Of a stretch of 64,000 bases of DNA, positions 30,703 through 40,781 are shown piece after piece. This DNA is from Candidatus Yanofskybacteria bacterium (lineage in GTDB: Bacteria; Patescibacteriota; Minisyncoccia; JACQLN01): assembly GCA_943359335.1 (NCBI GenBank), contig CALRHC010000002.1, positions 1,290 to 65,289 on the forward strand, in the 5' to 3' direction. The position numbers were made by a program, and so were the translations under genes. Below the pieces are notes generated by a model that worked only from the letters and a program-made list of their open reading frames with translations, was not told the origin of the DNA and searched no databases. Position 1 is the stretch's first letter. Every line of letters starts with the position of its first letter.

Positions 30703-31047
30703 ATGGCACGTGTAAAAAGAGGAACAATTGCGTCTAAACGCAGAAAGAATTTATTAAAATATACCAAAGGCTTTAAGTGGTCTCGTAATACACATTACCG
30801 AGCTGCTAAAGAAGCTTTGTTGCACGCTTGGTCTAAAGCCTATCATGATCGCAAAAAGAAAAAAGGTGACTTTAGAACTTTATGGCAAGTTAAAGTTGGC
30901 GCTGCCGCTAAACAAAATGGTATTTCTTACAGCCGTTTTATAAACGCTTTAAAGAAAGCCAATGTTGAGCTAGATAGAAAAATATTAGCCGACCTCGCCG
31001 AAAACAATCCAGAAGTATTTGCTAAGATTGTAGAAAAAGTTAAATAA
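30703..31047 (+). CDS. rplT: 50S ribosomal protein L20
   Basis: MARVKRG, FR.LW, SYSRFI, LDRKILA. Confidence 0.97.
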   Translation: MARVKRGTIASKRRKNLLKYTKGFKWSRNTHYRAAKEALLHAWSKAYHDRKKKKGDFRTLWQVKVGAAAKQNGISYSRFINALKKANVELDRKILADLAENNPEVFAKIVEKVK

Positions 31048-31327
31048 AGCTTTTAGGAATAACTTTTAAACCATCCATCAAAACTCCTTCTCTCTGAAGG
31101 AGTTTTGCTTTTATAGCAATACCTCCACGGTTATAGCCGCCTAAATTGCCGTCTGATCTGACTACACGATGGCATGGAATTTTAGGATCAAAGTTTTTAG
31201 ATAACACCATAGCCACTCCTCTCGCTGCTTTGGGCGAGCCAATAGCTATAGCAACTTTTTTATATGTTGCTACTTTTCCTTTTGGAATTTTTTTAGTAAA
31301 TTCGTAAACTTTTTCTCTAAATATCAT
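31040..31327 (-). CDS. MGMT family O6-alkylguanine DNA repair protein
   Basis: IPKGKVATY, PCHRVV. Confidence 0.92.
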   Translation of the reverse strand: MIFREKVYEFTKKIPKGKVATYKKVAIAIGSPKAARGVAMVLSKNFDPKIPCHRVVRSDGNLGGYNRGGIAIKAKLLQREGVLMDGLKVIPKSFI

Positions 31328-31341
31328 TTCTTATTTTACCC

Positions 31342-31435
31342 TTGTTTGCTGCTGAACGATTTCAAGGAGGTTCGTTTTATTTATAAAGAGGGAGGATGTA
31401 AGTGCCCCTCCTTGCAGGAGTGAAGTAGCAAACAA
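31342..31435 (-). repeat. Family A copy 3
   Basis: Same core; arms TTGTTTGCTGCT / AGTAGCAAACAA; after the polX stop. Confidence 0.9.
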
Positions 31436-31445
31436 AAAACATTAA

Positions 31446-33176
31446 CTATTTATTTTTTAAAAAACCTAACATTTTTTCTACCGACCAAGCGTTTATAATA
31501 TCCGCCTTAGTCGCCCATGCTCTGCGTGCCTGCGCAATACCAAGTTCTAAATATTTAAAGTGGTCGGTATGATGTGCATCAGAATCTATAGATAATTTTA
31601 CTCCTGCCTCTAGAGCCATTCTTACATGTTCATCTTTTAAATCTAACCTATCGGCAAAAGCATCTATTTCTAAAACTGTGCCAGTTCTTTTGGCGGCTTT
31701 TATAATTTCTTCAATATCTATTTCGTAAGCTGGTCGTTTATTAATAATCCTGCCAGTGGGGTGAAAAAGAATATCTACATTAGGGTTTTCCATCGCCTTA
31801 ATTATTCTTTTTGTTTGTTCGGCTTTAGTTAAATTAAATAAAGAATGCACCGCCACACCCACTACATCCAATTTAGCTAAAGTTTTATCGTCTATATCTA
31901 ACGAACCATCTTTTAAAATATTTACTTCTGCACCCTTTAAAACACGAAACTTGTAACCTGAAGCTTGAAACTTTTTATTTATTTTTTCTATCTCCGCCAT
32001 CTGCTTTTCTAGTTTCTTTTCATCCGATCCACCCGTCATCGCCAAAGATTTTGTATGGTCGGTAATTAAAATATATTCCAAACCCATTTTCATAGCAGCT
32101 TCAGCCATTTCTTCTATAGAGTTTTCGCCATCTGTCCAAGTTGTTTGAATCTGTAAATCGCCTTTTAAATCAGCGTAATTAATTAGCTTAGGAAGTTTAT
32201 TTTTACCAGCGGCCTCAACCTCCCTGTTTAAGTTCCTAAGTTCGGGTTCAATGTATTCTAAACCTAATTTGTTATATATTTCTTCTTCTGTTTTTCCTGC
32301 TATTAATTTCTCACCCTTATACAAGCCGTATTCGTTTAACTTATAGCCTTTTTCTATCGCGATTTTTCTTAATTCTACGTTGTGGTTTTTATCTCCCGTA
32401 AAATATTGCGCCGCCGCACCAAAACTTTCCGGTGCCACCACACGTAAATCTATTTCCAAACCATTATTTAGTTTAATAACACTTTTAGTTTCACCTTTAG
32501 CTACTACCCTTCCAACTTCGGGCATTTTTATAAACATATCCATAACTTCTCTGGGGTTTTTAGAAGTTATTAAAATATCTACATCGCCTATAGTTTCTTG
32601 CATTCGACGCGTCGAACCACATAATAAAACTTTATCGGCATATTTGCTTTTTTCTAAACGAGAAACAATTTCTCTAATTTCGGGTAAAACAAAACCCAAA
32701 ACATAGCGCCCACTATGTTTTTTAACAAACTCTAAACCTTTTAAAATTTTCTCTTCCGATTTTTCACCAAAACCTTCTAAATTTTTAATTAAACCCGCCT
32801 TAGCCGCCTTTTCTAACTGAGCTAAATTTTTAATGCCTAATTTTTTATATAGTTTATAAACACCTTTAGGGCCAACTCCTTCCACACTGGTTAAACCCTC
32901 TACATCTACCGGAATTTTTTTCTTTAAAGCTAAGTGCTCTTTAATTTTTTTTGTTTTAATATATTCTTCTATCATTTCCGACATGCTTTTACCCACACCC
33001 TGAATTTCTTCTAGAGCTTTGGTACCACCTCTTTTGTATATGTCTTTTAAATCTTCGCCTAAGTTTTCTATATTTACCGCCGCGCGTTCAAAAGCCTGTG
33101 GTTTAAAAGCCACCTCTTGCATAGCAAACAATATGGAAATTTCCTTGAATATTTTGGTTATCTCTTGGTTTATCAT
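31446..33176 (-). CDS. polX: DNA polymerase X with PHP domain
   Basis: HhH motifs, GSTRR..TIGDVD, YFTG, TDH, HPTGR, DSDAH. Confidence 0.94.
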   Translation of the reverse strand: MINQEITKIFKEISILFAMQEVAFKPQAFERAAVNIENLGEDLKDIYKRGGTKALEEIQGVGKSMSEMIEEYIKTKKIKEHLALKKKIPVDVEGLTSVEGVGPKGVYKLYKKLGIKNLAQLEKAAKAGLIKNLEGFGEKSEEKILKGLEFVKKHSGRYVLGFVLPEIREIVSRLEKSKYADKVLLCGSTRRMQETIGDVDILITSKNPREVMDMFIKMPEVGRVVAKGETKSVIKLNNGLEIDLRVVAPESFGAAAQYFTGDKNHNVELRKIAIEKGYKLNEYGLYKGEKLIAGKTEEEIYNKLGLEYIEPELRNLNREVEAAGKNKLPKLINYADLKGDLQIQTTWTDGENSIEEMAEAAMKMGLEYILITDHTKSLAMTGGSDEKKLEKQMAEIEKINKKFQASGYKFRVLKGAEVNILKDGSLDIDDKTLAKLDVVGVAVHSLFNLTKAEQTKRIIKAMENPNVDILFHPTGRIINKRPAYEIDIEEIIKAAKRTGTVLEIDAFADRLDLKDEHVRMALEAGVKLSIDSDAHHTDHFKYLELGIAQARRAWATKADIINAWSVEKMLGFLKNK

Positions 33177-33244
33177 TGTTTATATACTAGCAACTTTCAG
33201 TGCAAATAAAAAAGCCCGACGGATTTTACGTCGGGACCAGTTTT

Positions 33245-33439
33245 TTAGGAAGCATGGTTTGCCACACTACACGGAAAAGGCGGGATCAAGAAAAAAGATA
33301 ATACAAAACATATTTTCCAGCCAACTGCCGCCAACATAATACATGTACATCCAGCAACAAACATAGATGGATATAACCAAATTCTGTTCTTCCGCAATAA
33401 TGTTTTCCCCTTATCCTTGATCTTTAAAAGGTCTTTCAT
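33245..33439 (-). CDS. Small orphan membrane protein
   Basis: SD GGAGG before MKDLL; ATGA overlap with the upstream ORF. Confidence 0.55.
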   Translation of the reverse strand: MKDLLKIKDKGKTLLRKNRIWLYPSMFVAGCTCIMLAAVGWKICFVLSFFLIPPFPCSVANHAS

Positions 33440-33615
33440 GTAAAACCTCCGTTTTTTATGAGAGGACGAATCCAACTTAGAGCATACCTATCCACCAACC
33501 CGCAACCAATACAAATACACAAAAGAGTAAAAAGAAAGACTAAACTCAGACCCAAACAAAGGACCAGGGCAAGCGACACAAGTACCACAACCCCGATACT
33601 TTTTATAAATCCCAT
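33436..33615 (-). CDS. 59 aa hydrophobic ORF absent from the ORF track
   Basis: MGFIKSIGVVVLVSLALVLCLGLSLVFLFTLLCICIG...NGGFT*; fills the gap between neighbours. Confidence 0.6.
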   Translation of the reverse strand: MGFIKSIGVVVLVSLALVLCLGLSLVFLFTLLCICIGCGLVDRYALSWIRPLIKNGGFT

Positions 33616-33618
33616 ATC

Positions 33619-33834
33619 TTACCCTTTCTCCTTTTTTTGTTTTCTAATCGCATTAACAATTCTGACTATTTTTTCTTTACCCTGCCAAAAACTTCCGGAC
33701 GGAGAAATAAGTCTTGGCGCCTCGCATTCAGAAGAAACTTCCCGTTGAACAAACCTATCGTAATTCAATACTTCCGGCACCCAACCATCTCTGGTTACTA
33801 ACTTCCAAGTACCAGGAAATTTTAACTTGTGCAT
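33619..33834 (-). CDS. Small orphan protein
   Basis: SD GGAG, operon position. Confidence 0.55.
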   Translation of the reverse strand: MHKLKFPGTWKLVTRDGWVPEVLNYDRFVQREVSSECEAPRLISPSGSFWQGKEKIVRIVNAIRKQKKEKG

Positions 33835-34013
33835 TTAGGCCTACTCCCTATTAAAATATAATTTCTTTTTTGGGCATACTCCTCCCACAAAAGAAGGTTA
33901 TGAAAATAATCCAAGACTTCAGGATCCAATTCTATTTTAGAGCCAAGAACTTCCTTTGAGTCTCCTGCTGTAGGAATATCTTTAGACTTATCCTTTTCTG
34001 AACACATAAACAC
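33822..34013 (-). CDS. Small orphan protein
   Basis: Follows GTTCTTTAAA and AGGAGG. Confidence 0.55.
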   Translation of the reverse strand: MFMCSEKDKSKDIPTAGDSKEVLGSKIELDPEVLDYFHNLLLWEEYAQKRNYILIGSRPKCTS

Positions 34014-34077
34014 CCTCCTTTTTTAAAGAACGTTTAAATAGTCTTATCAAGAAACTACCAAATATATAAAAGTAAGT

Positions 34078-34716
34078 CTACTGTACTATCTTTCTGTGAC
34101 GTTCGGGTATGGTTCTATCTTGGTATCGTTTTTTAGGATCAAGATGGCTAAGTAAACCCAGTAATAAAAATGCCGACAAAAGAGATATTGCGCTTGCCGA
34201 AAGAAACAGTGTAACAAAACCATATTTATCGGCAACGTAACCACCAACCGCCGTTGCTACAGAAGCGGCGAGGCCGACCGAAAAAACACTATCCAAACTC
34301 CATTCAAAACTTATTCTCCATTTATCTACGTGGCGTGTAAAAATGGAATACCAAGCTGGTACCGCCCACGCCATTATAAAACCATAAAAACCCTGCACAA
34401 TGTATAAATGTACTGGCTTTGTAACAAAAATATAAGCAATAGGAATAAGTGAGCTTAAAAAATAACCCAAAAATAGTGCCCAAAAATCATCGCGTTCGCC
34501 GTCGGTTTTATCTAAAAAGCGTGCAATTGGCAATTGAAAAATAGATTTAACTATCCAGTAAATTGAGGCGGCAAAACCAGCAACTTTAGCTGAACCACCT
34601 TGTATTTGATTTGTTAAAAAAATTGCAAACACCGGACCAAAAGAAGCAAAAGCAGAATTATAAAAAAAATCTGCTGCAACAATAACTTTTATAATACGAT
34701 TTACACCTGTAAACAT
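34078..34716 (-). CDS. Half-size MFS-like transporter
   Basis: About 6 TM helices, motif-A-like ARFLDK and GGYVADKYG. Confidence 0.78.
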   Translation of the reverse strand: MFTGVNRIIKVIVAADFFYNSAFASFGPVFAIFLTNQIQGGSAKVAGFAASIYWIVKSIFQLPIARFLDKTDGERDDFWALFLGYFLSSLIPIAYIFVTKPVHLYIVQGFYGFIMAWAVPAWYSIFTRHVDKWRISFEWSLDSVFSVGLAASVATAVGGYVADKYGFVTLFLSASAISLLSAFLLLGLLSHLDPKKRYQDRTIPERHRKIVQ

Positions 34717-34782
34717 GCCAATTTTATTTATGAACGAAGTGAGTAATTATAAATATTGAGCACCCCAACGTAAGGTCGGGGT
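34714..34782 (-). repeat. Stacked hairpins ending on the start codon (family D + family E)
   Basis: GTGCTCAAT...CTCACTTCGTTC...ATTGGCATG, near copy of 52913-52962; preceded by ACCCCGACCTTACGTTGGGGT. Confidence 0.8.
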
Positions 34783-34901
34783 AAGATTTGATATATAAGA
34801 AATAATCACTTCATTTTAGTTCTTATACTATGTCCTTACAGTATAACAAAAAATCCCGCTTAATAGTCGGGATAAGTTATGCGTCTAATTTATTTAATTT
34901 A

Positions 34902-36188
34902 TTAAGGCAATAACGAAGACGTAGAAACTTCTACTTTGGCTTTCGGTAATACTATAATTCCAAATCCTGTAGCATTGTCATCGCCTACTAAACCAACATC
35001 CTGGCTTAATTTTTCTAAATTAACCAATGTGCTTGTAGCCGAACCATTCCAGGTTTTAGCAGCAACACCAGAAACAAAAGCTGCAGACATAGAAGTTCCG
35101 GAAAGGAACCTATAACCACCATCAGCCCAAGTTGATTCTACGTTTACACCTGGAGCAATAAAAATAATTTCTCTTTCTTCTTTAATAAAGTCGCCATCAT
35201 TTACCCCTCTACTAGACCACGTAGCTACGGTTTTATCTTCGGCTAGTGCTCCCACAGAAACAGTATTTTTATATGCAGATGGCCAATCTATAGAAGCCTT
35301 ATCCGGGCCATCATTGCCAGCGCCAGTAATAATTAAAACATTTTTAGCAAAAGCAGAATCAATCGAATTTTTTAAAATAGAAGCTTCGTTATTTCCTCCT
35401 AAACCAATAAAGGCTATATCGGCTTTGCCTGCACCAGCGGCATAATCTAAAGCAGTGGCCACATCGTCAGCCCAACATGTTCCATCATTCCTACAAACTT
35501 TGTAAACCAATAAGTTAGCTTCACTGGCCACACCCCAAATACCCTTCGCATCAAAACCTCCGTTACCTGAAATTATTCCGGCAACATGAGTGCCGTGACC
35601 ATTTTTATCTTCACAAGTAGAGCGGGCTATAGGACCACGTGTAAAATCTTTACAGTCTTTTATATTATCTACTAAATCTGAATGAGCAGCATTAACACCA
35701 GTGTCTAAAACAGCCACGTTAACATTCTTACCTCCAGATGTAGAGATTATAGAATCATCGCCATATACAGAAACAACCCCCCAAGAAATTGGGTTTGCAG
35801 GTAAAATATTTCTATCTTTTATCTTTTGAGTATCTTTTTGCAAAGAAGCAACTGTTTCAGAAACAACTCCAACAACATTAGCCGAAACAGTTTCAACAAC
35901 ACCTACTCCATTAATCTTATACAAAGGCACAGGAGAAACATTAACTTTAAATATTTTCTCTAGTGTCCAAACCTCACCAGTAGTTAAATCGGCGGTAAAG
36001 CCATAATCAAATTCATGCTGAACACCAAATAGAGACTTTATAAAGTAACTTTTGGTTGAAATTAAATATCGGCCACTCTCTAAATTAGCATTTTTAGAAG
36101 CAGCCAAGACCATATTCGAGGAAACCAGAAAAACAGCTAGAAAAGCTGTTAAAACAAGAAAAAACCTAAGTTGTGGTTTTTTATACAT
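34902..36188 (-). CDS. Secreted S8 subtilisin-like peptidase
   Basis: VAVLDTG, HGTHVAG, GTSMS triad; signal peptide. Confidence 0.92.
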   Translation of the reverse strand: MYKKPQLRFFLVLTAFLAVFLVSSNMVLAASKNANLESGRYLISTKSYFIKSLFGVQHEFDYGFTADLTTGEVWTLEKIFKVNVSPVPLYKINGVGVVETVSANVVGVVSETVASLQKDTQKIKDRNILPANPISWGVVSVYGDDSIISTSGGKNVNVAVLDTGVNAAHSDLVDNIKDCKDFTRGPIARSTCEDKNGHGTHVAGIISGNGGFDAKGIWGVASEANLLVYKVCRNDGTCWADDVATALDYAAGAGKADIAFIGLGGNNEASILKNSIDSAFAKNVLIITGAGNDGPDKASIDWPSAYKNTVSVGALAEDKTVATWSSRGVNDGDFIKEEREIIFIAPGVNVESTWADGGYRFLSGTSMSAAFVSGVAAKTWNGSATSTLVNLEKLSQDVGLVGDDNATGFGIIVLPKAKVEVSTSSLLP

Positions 36189-36320
36189 TAAAAGCAGATT
36201 GTTCGTCAATTATACGCTTTTTGGGTTCGTAAAGTCAAGCTTGAAACCAACCCCAGAAATAGGCTTAAAAGGGGGTATATTTTGATACAAAAACACTATT
36301 TTTCCACAGACCTTTTTAAA

Positions 36321-36878
36321 TTAGCTTTCGCACTTCTTAAGGGCTCTTGGTATCTTCTTAAAAGCTACCTTTAACGCCTCCATATTCCTAGTCGATCTTA
36401 AGGCTGCCGCAGGGTGAAAAACAGGAACAATGAACCTATTACCAAACTTAGAAGTCTTGCCTTGGTCTCGACTAATTTTAGCTGTGGGTAAAAAATAATT
36501 CATAGAAAACCTACCCAATGTAACTATAAGTACGGGGTTAATTATTTCTATTTGTTTAGCTAAATATGGTCGGTACGAATCTATTTCATTAGGCAATGGA
36601 TCGCGGTTTTCTGGTGGGCGCCTTTTAACAATATTTGTTATATAAACATCTTCCCTCTTCCAGCCAATACCGTTTATTAAATTATTTAAAAGTTCACCCG
36701 ATCTACCTACAAAAGGTCGCTTGAGTTCGTCTTCTTTAGCGCCCGGCGCTTCACCAATAAACATGACTTTGCAATTTATATCACCTTCACCAAAAACCAA
36801 GTTTGATTTACGCAAAGGTAAGGCTTTGTTATTTTCTAGTTCTTTTTTAAGCTCTTCTAATTTGGCCAGTTTCGACAT
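36321..36878 (-). CDS. Uracil-DNA glycosylase family 4
   Basis: GEAPG, PFVG.SG, RPPENR, HPAA. Confidence 0.93.
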   Translation of the reverse strand: MSKLAKLEELKKELENNKALPLRKSNLVFGEGDINCKVMFIGEAPGAKEDELKRPFVGRSGELLNNLINGIGWKREDVYITNIVKRRPPENRDPLPNEIDSYRPYLAKQIEIINPVLIVTLGRFSMNYFLPTAKISRDQGKTSKFGNRFIVPVFHPAAALRSTRNMEALKVAFKKIPRALKKCES

Positions 36879-36879
36879 C

Positions 36880-38025
36880 TTAAATAGTATAAATAACTTC
36901 GTATACAATTCCCAGTAAAAACATTATCGCCAAAAGAAAAACTAAGCCTGTTTTTAAAGATAAAGAATATTCTGGAATTTGCGTGCCTTTTTTTCTGGCC
37001 TTTAGCCAAAGAAAAATAATAAGTAACGCCTCTAACCCACCCATAACACCGCCTGCCAAAGAGATCAGCTTAATAAAATCGGAAAAACCAGAGAAAAATA
37101 AATACATAGGAACACCCACCGTTAAAACAAAGCTCACTAAAACAGAAAGTTTAAAATCTAATTGAAATGAATTTTTTAAATTTAAACCTATAATAAAAAA
37201 AGAAGTTATTACGGCCAGAAAACCAACAACGGCTCCGTATTTTATAAAACCACTACCCAAAAAATCACTCAATCCAGCTATTGCCTCTCTTGAGGTAGAA
37301 ACACCACTAATACTCACAACGGCCAAAGTAAAAACAATATAAACAAAAACTGGAATAATTGTTCCCAAAATTATGGCTTTGTAATAATTTTTTGTACTTG
37401 TTTTAAAAAAAGAACGTATTTCTGGTATGGCCGACCCACCGGCTAAAGCAAAAAGGATTATGCCGTATGGAAAAAAGATTGAATCCACCGAAGAAAATTT
37501 AATTAAATTATCTGTATCGGCTAAATCAAAAGCATAAAAAACAAAGCTAAAAATTAATAACACTATGGCTGCCACCATAAAAAAATCGACCCAGCCGGCT
37601 AATTTTATACCTTTAAAAACAACTGAAAAACCAATAATAGCTAAAATAATAGAACCCACTTGCGAAGAAAAATTTAAAAAACCAGAAAAAATAATTCTTA
37701 AAAATTCACCGCCAACAACAAGGTAAACCAAAAGAGCTAAGTATAAATTTACAAAGAAAATAAAACTGCCAATTATTTTACCCCATGATCCAAAATAAAC
37801 TTCGGCATAGCCCGCCAATCTGTGCTTAGTAGAAGTTCTAAGCACAATTTCCCCATACATTAAATGGAGTAATGTTACTAAAATACCTAAAACAACCAAA
37901 TAAAAAATAACTGGAATAATTCCAGAAATTGCAGCGGCGTAAGGCAAACTAAACATTCCCACTCCTATTATTGTCCCAACAAGAGTAGAAACAGCTAGGG
38001 TAAAATTACTTAAACTTTTTAGCAC
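36880..38025 (-). CDS. Aromatic amino acid permease family protein
   Basis: GTIIGVGMFSLP, about 11 TM helices. Confidence 0.85.
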   Translation of the reverse strand: MLKSLSNFTLAVSTLVGTIIGVGMFSLPYAAAISGIIPVIFYLVVLGILVTLLHLMYGEIVLRTSTKHRLAGYAEVYFGSWGKIIGSFIFFVNLYLALLVYLVVGGEFLRIIFSGFLNFSSQVGSIILAIIGFSVVFKGIKLAGWVDFFMVAAIVLLIFSFVFYAFDLADTDNLIKFSSVDSIFFPYGIILFALAGGSAIPEIRSFFKTSTKNYYKAIILGTIIPVFVYIVFTLAVVSISGVSTSREAIAGLSDFLGSGFIKYGAVVGFLAVITSFFIIGLNLKNSFQLDFKLSVLVSFVLTVGVPMYLFFSGFSDFIKLISLAGGVMGGLEALLIIFLWLKARKKGTQIPEYSLSLKTGLVFLLAIMFLLGIVYEVIYTI

Positions 38026-38031
38026 AGTATT

Positions 38032-38241
38032 TTATATAACGCTTACTGGCAAATATTTAGTAGACAACCAAAAAGCCAACGCACCCCAAACAACAGCTAT
38101 TGGTAAAATAATACGTCCGTACTTCTTTAAACCCGGTTCGGTTAAATACATTGCACCCAAAATTAAACCCGAAAAAATTGGGTTAAGAATTGCAATAATC
38201 AAACCAGTATAAAACCATTTTTTTGAAAATATTTGTTCCAT
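38032..38241 (-). CDS. Small membrane protein
   Basis: Hydrophobic, tight operon spacing. Confidence 0.65.
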   Translation of the reverse strand: MEQIFSKKWFYTGLIIAILNPIFSGLILGAMYLTEPGLKKYGRIILPIAVVWGALAFWLSTKYLPVSVI

Positions 38242-38268
38242 ATATTTAATTTACATAATTTAGAGTTT

Positions 38269-39627
38269 TTATAATTCAACTATTTGATCTGCCTGCGGGA
38301 CCACCGCTTCTATACCTAGATCATTTTTAATTTTACCTGCTAGTGTCGTCGCTGGCCCTACTTCGCCTTGAACCACAAAAACTTTTTTAGCACCTTTAAT
38401 TTGCCCTACCCATTTTAAAAGGCCGGTTTGATCGGCGTGAGCCGAATAACCACCAATAGCTTTAACCTCGGCTCGAACCGGAACAACCTCGCCAAACATT
38501 TTTATTTCTTGCGCACCATCCAAAAGCCTGCGTCCTAATGTACCCGCAGTTTGGTAACCGATCATTAAAAGAATAGATTTTGGATCAGATAAATAACGGC
38601 GCTCATGATGAAGTATTCGCCCGCCTTCCGACATGCCCGAACCCGCAATTATAATTTTAGGCGGCAGAACTTCGTTTATGGCCTTAGAAGATTCGGTGGT
38701 TAAAGAAAATTGTAAGCCTGGAAAATTAAAAAGATCATCTCCAGATTTTATTAAAAAATTTGCATCCTTATTAAAGTAATCCAAATATTTTTGATAAACT
38801 GCTGTGGCTTTTATAGCAAGCGGGCTATCTAGAAAAACCGGAATTCTTTTTAACCTACCAGATTCCACAAGATTATTTAGTTCGAAAAGTAATTCTTGAG
38901 TTCTTTCTAAAGCAAAAGCTGGAATCATTAGAGTTCCACCATTTTTAACAACAGATTCAATGACTAGTTTTAATTTTTCTTTTCTTTGTGAACGATCTTC
39001 GTGAATTCTATCGCCATAAGCCGACTCCACTAAAACATAATCGGCTTCTGTTATAACTTCTGTATTTTTTAAAAGCGGTGTTGGGGAATTTCCTAAATCG
39101 CCCGAGAAAACAATTTTAATTTTTTTATCGCCCTCCGAAAGATAAAATTCTATAATGGATGAACCTAAAATATGCCCGGCGTCTCTAAAAAAAACCCTAA
39201 CATTGTTATTTATCTTAACTTCCTCTCCATATGGTTTGCCGTGCGTTAGCTTCCAGGACTCAATTAAATCATTTTCGTTAAATAAAGGCTCTAAACCAGT
39301 TTCTTCGGCTTCTCTTTCTAGTAAATGTAAAGAATCATCTAAATTAACACGAGCTAAATCCAACGTTGCGTGCGTAGCAAAAATTTTTCCCCTAAAACCC
39401 TCTTTATAAAGTTTAGGAACACGTCCCACATGATCCAAATGTGCGTGCGTTATAAAAACAACATCTATGGTTGAAGGATCATAGGCAAATTTTTCGTAGT
39501 TTTCTTTTTCGGCCATCCGCCCACCCTGTTGCAAACCACAATCAATTAAAATTCTGGTACCATCACATTCTAATAAGTAATTTGCACCAGTAACTACGCC
39601 TGCGCCACCGTAAAAATATAATTTCAT
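38269..39627 (-). CDS. MBL-fold beta-CASP ribonuclease
   Basis: THAHLDH, AGHILGS, SGDLG, SAHAD. Confidence 0.92.
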   Translation of the reverse strand: MKLYFYGGAGVVTGANYLLECDGTRILIDCGLQQGGRMAEKENYEKFAYDPSTIDVVFITHAHLDHVGRVPKLYKEGFRGKIFATHATLDLARVNLDDSLHLLEREAEETGLEPLFNENDLIESWKLTHGKPYGEEVKINNNVRVFFRDAGHILGSSIIEFYLSEGDKKIKIVFSGDLGNSPTPLLKNTEVITEADYVLVESAYGDRIHEDRSQRKEKLKLVIESVVKNGGTLMIPAFALERTQELLFELNNLVESGRLKRIPVFLDSPLAIKATAVYQKYLDYFNKDANFLIKSGDDLFNFPGLQFSLTTESSKAINEVLPPKIIIAGSGMSEGGRILHHERRYLSDPKSILLMIGYQTAGTLGRRLLDGAQEIKMFGEVVPVRAEVKAIGGYSAHADQTGLLKWVGQIKGAKKVFVVQGEVGPATTLAGKIKNDLGIEAVVPQADQIVEL

Positions 39628-39628
39628 T

Positions 39629-40249
39629 TTAAATATTATTTAGAGTCTGCCATTTTTTACGAACAATTATAGGCCATTCGCCTTTTTTAGCCTTCCACCA
39701 TTTTAGCCAATTTATTGTTGATTCGTCTGATGGATAACCAGAACCAAAATCTCCGTATGTCTTTTTTAAAATTTTAACATGTTTTTCACGTTCCGACTTA
39801 GCTAAAATAGATGCCGCAGCTACTGCAACGTTATGACTATCCATTTTATTAGCGCCTATAATTTTGTGATCTTTGTTTAAACAAAACGAGCCAATAGAAG
39901 CACAATATTTTTTAATACCACCCCCAGAAACTGGTGCGTCCAAATATGTTCGGTGAGGTAAAAAATGATTAATTAAATTAGCTGAATGTTTAATTTCTAA
40001 ATTGTTTATAGAATATTTATCTATATCGGTTGGGCTAATTTTTATAACTTTATAACCATGCGCTATTTTTTTAATTTCCCCAACAATACTTTCGCGTTTT
40101 TTAGCTACAAGCAGTTTTGAATCTGTAACTCCAAGATCGTTAAGCTTATCTATTAAATAGTCTTCTTCGGAAATTAAAAACCCACCCAAAAATAAAGGGC
40201 CGATTACACAACCTCTACCAGCTTCGTCTATACCCAATATTTTATCCAT
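39629..40249 (-). CDS. rnhB: Ribonuclease HII
   Basis: GIDEAGRG.VIGP, DSK, AAASILAK, GSGYPSD. Confidence 0.93.
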   Translation of the reverse strand: MDKILGIDEAGRGCVIGPLFLGGFLISEEDYLIDKLNDLGVTDSKLLVAKKRESIVGEIKKIAHGYKVIKISPTDIDKYSINNLEIKHSANLINHFLPHRTYLDAPVSGGGIKKYCASIGSFCLNKDHKIIGANKMDSHNVAVAAASILAKSEREKHVKILKKTYGDFGSGYPSDESTINWLKWWKAKKGEWPIIVRKKWQTLNNI

Positions 40250-40280
40250 TGAGTAATTATAGCTTAAACAACAACAGCTA

Positions 40281-40350
40281 AGCCTCGCTAGTGAATTTCC
40301 GACTTATCTTTTTGATGCTAAAAGCATCTTTCGGAAATTCTACTACGGGG
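40281..40350 (-). repeat. Family C copy 1
   Basis: Reverse complement CCCCGTAGTAGAATTTCCGAAAGATGC..GCATC..TCGGAAATTCACTAGCGAGGCT matches 50447-50518. Confidence 0.88.
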
Positions 40351-40389
40351 AATAAAAAACCCTCCGCTTTGGGAGGGCTAAGAAGAAAA

Positions 40390-40656
40390 TTATTTTTTTA
40401 ATATCAATATTCCAAAAATAGAGACAAGAAAAGGTATTACTGCCATACATATAAGAACATTTCTTTTTAATATCTTGTCTCGGTATAAATTAAATATGTA
40501 ACCTTTGCCAGTATTGAGATCGACGAATCCTCCATATTCTTTTTGTATTCTTTCTTCTAGACTAAGAATACTAAACTGAAAAAAAAGGAATATTAACGAA
40601 TTAGTCGCAGACATAAGAAAACATGAAAGCGACAATGTTTCTATGTAGTAGTTCAT
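40390..40656 (-). CDS. Orphan 2-TM protein
   Basis: Promoter, GTTCTTTAAA, GGAGG, terminator. Confidence 0.65.
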   Translation of the reverse strand: MNYYIETLSLSCFLMSATNSLIFLFFQFSILSLEERIQKEYGGFVDLNTGKGYIFNLYRDKILKRNVLICMAVIPFLVSIFGILILKK

Positions 40657-40781
40657 TTATAACCTCCTTTAAAGAACTTTTTTGCATGTTAGCAACACAC
40701 ACTAAATAAATCAAAGAATCTGGGGAAAATAAAAAGGCCGGAGTGTTTCCACTCCGGACCAAGGTACTGCAGATAGCTGTT

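Noticed and set aside
7670-31435. Family A as a CRISPR repeat or hammerhead ribozyme
   Set aside because: Copies are kilobases apart with no spacers or cas genes; CTG...GAAA is present but the CUGANGA core is not
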